From: Escherichia coli
Lineage (GTDB): Bacteria > Pseudomonadota > Gammaproteobacteria > Enterobacterales > Enterobacteriaceae
Direction: 5' to 3' (one strand)
Assembly (NCBI RefSeq): GCF_003334335.1
Contig: NZ_QOWQ01000003.1
Length of the DNA: 64,000 nucleotides
Shown here in pieces: positions 61,366 to 64,000 of the stretch. The notes under the pieces were generated by a model. The model did no database searches. It had not been told where the DNA came from and saw only the letters and a list, made by a program, of their open reading frames with translations. Position 1 is the stretch's first letter. The number at the start of each line of letters is the position of its first letter. The translations under genes and the position numbers were made by a program.

Positions 61366-61620
61366 TTATTTTTCACCAGCCGGATGGTCACGCCGCCACA
61401 ATGCCCATTCATCAATCGTTTCACCGCCCGGTAATTTGCAATTGTTGCTGACCCCTTGCGCTGTCTGCACTGGAATGAGCGTCCCGCCCTTCTGCTGGCA
61501 ATAGACCGACGCCGGATTTGCCATACCAATCTGCGGCGGTTTAGGTGCTTCTGGCTGAGAAGGGGTTGAACAACCAGCCAGGACCAGCAAGCAAGGCAGA
61601 ACAAAACTGATAATTTTCAT
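61366..61620 (-). CDS. yoaF: DUF333-family lipoprotein
   Basis: 84-aa ORF with lipobox LAGC. Confidence 0.85.
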   Translation of the reverse strand: MKIISFVLPCLLVLAGCSTPSQPEAPKPPQIGMANPASVYCQQKGGTLIPVQTAQGVSNNCKLPGGETIDEWALWRRDHPAGEK

Positions 61621-61802
61621 TTATTGATCTCACATATTTATCCAAGATTAGAGTATCGCGGTATCGTTTTGTTTTGCAGCACTATTTTTATTACATTCAC
61701 TCAAAACATATTACGTCTTGTTTCATCTTTGTTGATGATGTTTTATCATGCCTGCAAAGATTAAATAATCAGCATTTACCCGCCGTATCCTGGAGTTGTT
61801 CC

Positions 61803-62828
61803 GTGTCAGATCAGATTATCGCCCGCGTCTCGCAATCCCTTGCCAAAGAACAGTCACTGGAAAGTCTGGTCCGACAGCTTCTGGAGATGCTGGAAATGGT
61901 CACTGATATGGAATCAACCTACCTGACCAAAGTGGATGTCGAAGCGCGCCTGCAGCATATTATGTTTGCCCGTAACAGCCAGAAAATGTACATCCCGGAG
62001 AATTTTACCGTCTCGTGGGATTACTCGTTATGCAAACGCGCCATTGATGAAAACTGCTTTTTCAGCGATGAAGTCCCCGACCGTTGGGGTGACTGTATTG
62101 CGGCACGCAATCTTGGCATCACCACATTTCTGAGCACGCCAATTCACTTACCGGATGGATCATTCTATGGCACGCTTTGCGCCGCCAGCAGTGAGAAGCG
62201 CCAGTGGAGTGAACGCGCGGAACAGGTTTTACAGTTATTCGCCGGACTGATTGCACAATATATTCAAAAAGAGGCACTGGTTGAACAGCTGCGCGAAGCC
62301 AATGCTGCGCTGATTGCGCAATCGTATACCGACTCGTTAACCGGGCTACCGAATCGGCGGGCGATTTTTGAAAATCTGACGACACTGTTTTCCCTCGCCC
62401 GGCATCTTAACCATAAGATAATGATCGCGTTTATCGATCTGGATAACTTCAAATTAATCAATGATCGTTTTGGTCATAATAGTGGCGATCTGTTTCTCAT
62501 TCAGGTTGGCGAGCGCCTTAATACGCTCCAGCAAAATGGCGAAGTTATTGGTCGTCTCGGCGGTGATGAGTTTTTAGTTGTTTCACTAAACAACGAGAAT
62601 GCGGATATTTCGTCGCTGCGAGAACGCATTCAGCAGCAAATACGTGGAGAATATCACTTAGGTGATGTTGATTTGTATTATCCCGGTGCCAGTCTTGGCA
62701 TAGTAGAAGTCGATCCTGAAACAACCGATGCAGACAGTGCCCTGCATGCTGCCGATATTGCGATGTATCAGGAGAAAAAACACAAACAGAAAACACCTTT
62801 TGTCGCGCATCCAGCGCTACATTCCTGA
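61803..62828 (+). CDS. yeaP: cytoplasmic GAF-GGDEF diguanylate cyclase
   Basis: GTG start at 61803 (MSDQIIARVSQ, 341 aa) with tggag 7 nt upstream. Intact RLGGDEFLVV. Also named dgcP. Confidence 0.88.
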   Translation: MSDQIIARVSQSLAKEQSLESLVRQLLEMLEMVTDMESTYLTKVDVEARLQHIMFARNSQKMYIPENFTVSWDYSLCKRAIDENCFFSDEVPDRWGDCIAARNLGITTFLSTPIHLPDGSFYGTLCAASSEKRQWSERAEQVLQLFAGLIAQYIQKEALVEQLREANAALIAQSYTDSLTGLPNRRAIFENLTTLFSLARHLNHKIMIAFIDLDNFKLINDRFGHNSGDLFLIQVGERLNTLQQNGEVIGRLGGDEFLVVSLNNENADISSLRERIQQQIRGEYHLGDVDLYYPGASLGIVEVDPETTDADSALHAADIAMYQEKKHKQKTPFVAHPALHS

Positions 62829-62860
62829 GGCGTATTCACATCCTTTTGATTGGTGATAAC

Positions 62861-62959
62861 ATGCGAATCGGTATTATTTTTCCGGTTGTAATCTTCATTA
62901 CAGCGGTCGTATTTTTAGCATGGTTTTTTATTGGCGGCTATGCTGCCCCGGGAGCATAA
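62861..62959 (+). CDS. yoaK: 32-aa single-TM small protein
   Basis: Hand translation gives MRIGIIFPVVIFITAVVFLAWFFIGGYAAPGA*. Below the ORF-track cutoff. Confidence 0.75.
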   Translation: MRIGIIFPVVIFITAVVFLAWFFIGGYAAPGA

Positions 62960-62961
62960 AG

Positions 62962-63036
62962 ATGAAAAAAACAACGATTATTATGATGGGTGTGGCGATT
63001 ATTGTCGTACTCGGCACTGAGCTGGGATGGTGGTAA
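62962..63036 (+). CDS. yoaJ: 24-aa single-TM small protein
   Basis: Hand translation gives MKKTTIIMMGVAIIVVLGTELGWW*. Starts 2 nt after the yoaK stop. Confidence 0.75.
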   Translation: MKKTTIIMMGVAIIVVLGTELGWW

Positions 63037-63055
63037 CGTCACCTCTAAAAAATAG

Positions 63056-63082
63056 CAAAGGCTGCCTGTGTGCAGCCTTTGT
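63056..63082. terminator. hairpin terminator shared by convergent yoaJ and yeaQ
   Basis: caaaggctgc-ctgtgt-gcagcctttg. Confidence 0.7.
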
Positions 63083-63094
63083 GCAATTTAAGCG

Positions 63095-63343
63095 TTAACT
63101 TTTAATCTTCCTGTAGATAAATAGCACGACAATCGCACCAATAACGGCAACCACGAAGCTGCCAAAATTGAAGCCATCGACTTTACCAAAGCCAAACAGC
63201 GTGCTGATCCATCCGCCGACTACGGCACCGACTATCCCCAGCAGGATAGTCATAAAGAATCCACCTCCATCTTTACCTGGCATGATCCACTTCGCCAGAA
63301 TACCGGCAATAAGCCCAAAAATAATCCATGACAGAATGCCCAT
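63095..63343 (-). CDS. yeaQ: GlsB/YeaQ/YmgE-family small membrane stress protein
   Basis: 82-aa Gly-rich hydrophobic ORF. Confidence 0.87.
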   Translation of the reverse strand: MGILSWIIFGLIAGILAKWIMPGKDGGGFFMTILLGIVGAVVGGWISTLFGFGKVDGFNFGSFVVAVIGAIVVLFIYRKIKS

Positions 63344-63490
63344 TGTTTCCTCACTTATCTGTTTTGCATTAGCGGGTTAGTCGCTGATAAAAAGCATAGC
63401 ACAACATCGGGAGGGCAAGATTTGTGACGAGCATCACGGAGGTTTTTTTTGCGATGGCGCAGAAATTGCGCCATCAACGATCAGTGATAA

Positions 63491-63673
63491 TTACCAACCA
63501 CAAACATCATGTTCGTTTTCCGTGTCATAAGAACGTACGGTATTCACCAGATCTTTTATCACTTCAGCCGCCACTTCTGGCACCAGCAAAGTCATCGGCG
63601 TCTCTGTTTCATAATCGACAGAAACGCCATTGCTGTTATTGGTGACGGTCACGGTATACGTTGCTTTGCCCAT
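63491..63673 (-). CDS. yoaG: DUF1869-type small protein
   Basis: 60-aa ORF, starting 3 nt after the yeaR stop. Confidence 0.82.
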   Translation of the reverse strand: MGKATYTVTVTNNSNGVSVDYETETPMTLLVPEVAAEVIKDLVNTVRSYDTENEHDVCGW

Positions 63674-63676
63674 GAT

Positions 63677-63924
63677 TCATTTCCCGTTATGAATGACTTT
63701 CCGTTGTTGCGCACCTTCCATCAGGACTTCAGGAGCCACGAAGAAGTCAATGTTGAAATAAGTATCGTCAGTCATGGCTTCAATGTTGTGCCACTTTTCT
63801 GGAGGGAACACCGCAAACTGCCCCGCTTCGATAAGGATCACCTGATCAGGCTCTGCACTGTGTTCATCAGCGTAGCCGAGATATTTGACCGCCCCATGCA
63901 TAACGGAAAGGCGTGGGTAAACCC
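63677..63924 (-). pseudogene. yeaR: yeaR (DUF1971 / TehB-C-terminal-like) 3' portion, interrupted by IS186
   Basis: The frame reads ...GVYPRLSVMHGAVKYLG...VIHNGK*. Upstream of 63925 the YeaR sequence is replaced by IS186 sequence, and an in-frame TAA appears at the junction. Confidence 0.8.
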
Positions 63925-64000
63925 CATAAGCGCTAACTTAAGGGTTGAACCATCTGAAGAATGCGACGCCTCGGTGCCTCGTTAAGACGATGCCTCGCGT
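63925..64000 (-). mobile_element. IS186 (IS4 family) terminal inverted repeat and adjoining 3' end; element continues beyond the window
   Basis: cataagcgctaacttaagggttg, followed by aaccatctgaagaatgcgacgcctcggtgcctcgttaagacgatgcctcgcgt, matches the IS186 end as I recall it. The flanking target gggtaaaccc is G-run/C-run bounded. Confidence 0.85.
63933..64000 (-). CDS. insL: IS186 transposase, C-terminal fragment (5' end beyond the window)
   Basis: The minus-strand frame reads ARHRLNEAPRRRILQMVQPLS*, with TAG at 63933-63935 inside the terminal repeat. Confidence 0.8.
   Translation of the reverse strand, partial: ARHRLNEAPRRRILQMVQPLS

Noticed and set aside
63902-64000. Apparent continuation of the yeaR frame upstream of Met (TRGIVLTRHRGVAFFRWFNP*VSAYGVYPRLSV)
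   Set aside because: The segment upstream of the stop is IS186 sequence read in the wrong frame and is not part of YeaR. The correct IS frame gives the InsL C-terminus.

Overview
This window reads as ordinary, collinear Escherichia coli K-12-type core chromosome. It runs from the 3' end of katE to yeaR, which I place from memory at roughly the 1.81-1.88 Mb region of the K-12 map. I could not run any search. Gene identities rest on my recognition of the ORF-track proteins, on motifs visible in them, and on operon geometry. I call 67 protein-coding features. These include the chbBCARFG chitobiose operon, astCADBE, ydjXYZ-ynjABCD, the ydjLKJIHG/ydjF/ydjE sugar cluster, gapA, yeaGH, three GGDEF genes and three very small membrane proteins absent from the ORF track (yoaI, yoaK, yoaJ). 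I found no rRNA, tRNA or CRISPR array, and no prophage or defence island. The one clear departure from the reference gene order is at the right edge, where yeaR is interrupted at 63925 by the terminal inverted repeat and transposase 3' end of IS186. Other points worth a second look:
- the poorly understood ydj sugar-acid cluster, with a shared inverted repeat upstream of ydjL and ydjF
- the ydjX-ynjE membrane/ABC/rhodanese operon
- sigma54-type promoters readable upstream of astC and yeaG
- the ChiX-sRNA decoy in the chbB-chbC spacer
- yeaI and yeaJ lying in one reading frame separated by a single stop codon
- a Pho box upstream of yoaI
- several convergent gene pairs whose 3' ends overlap or abut.
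I did not find convincing evidence of a new multi-gene system beyond these under-characterised K-12 loci.
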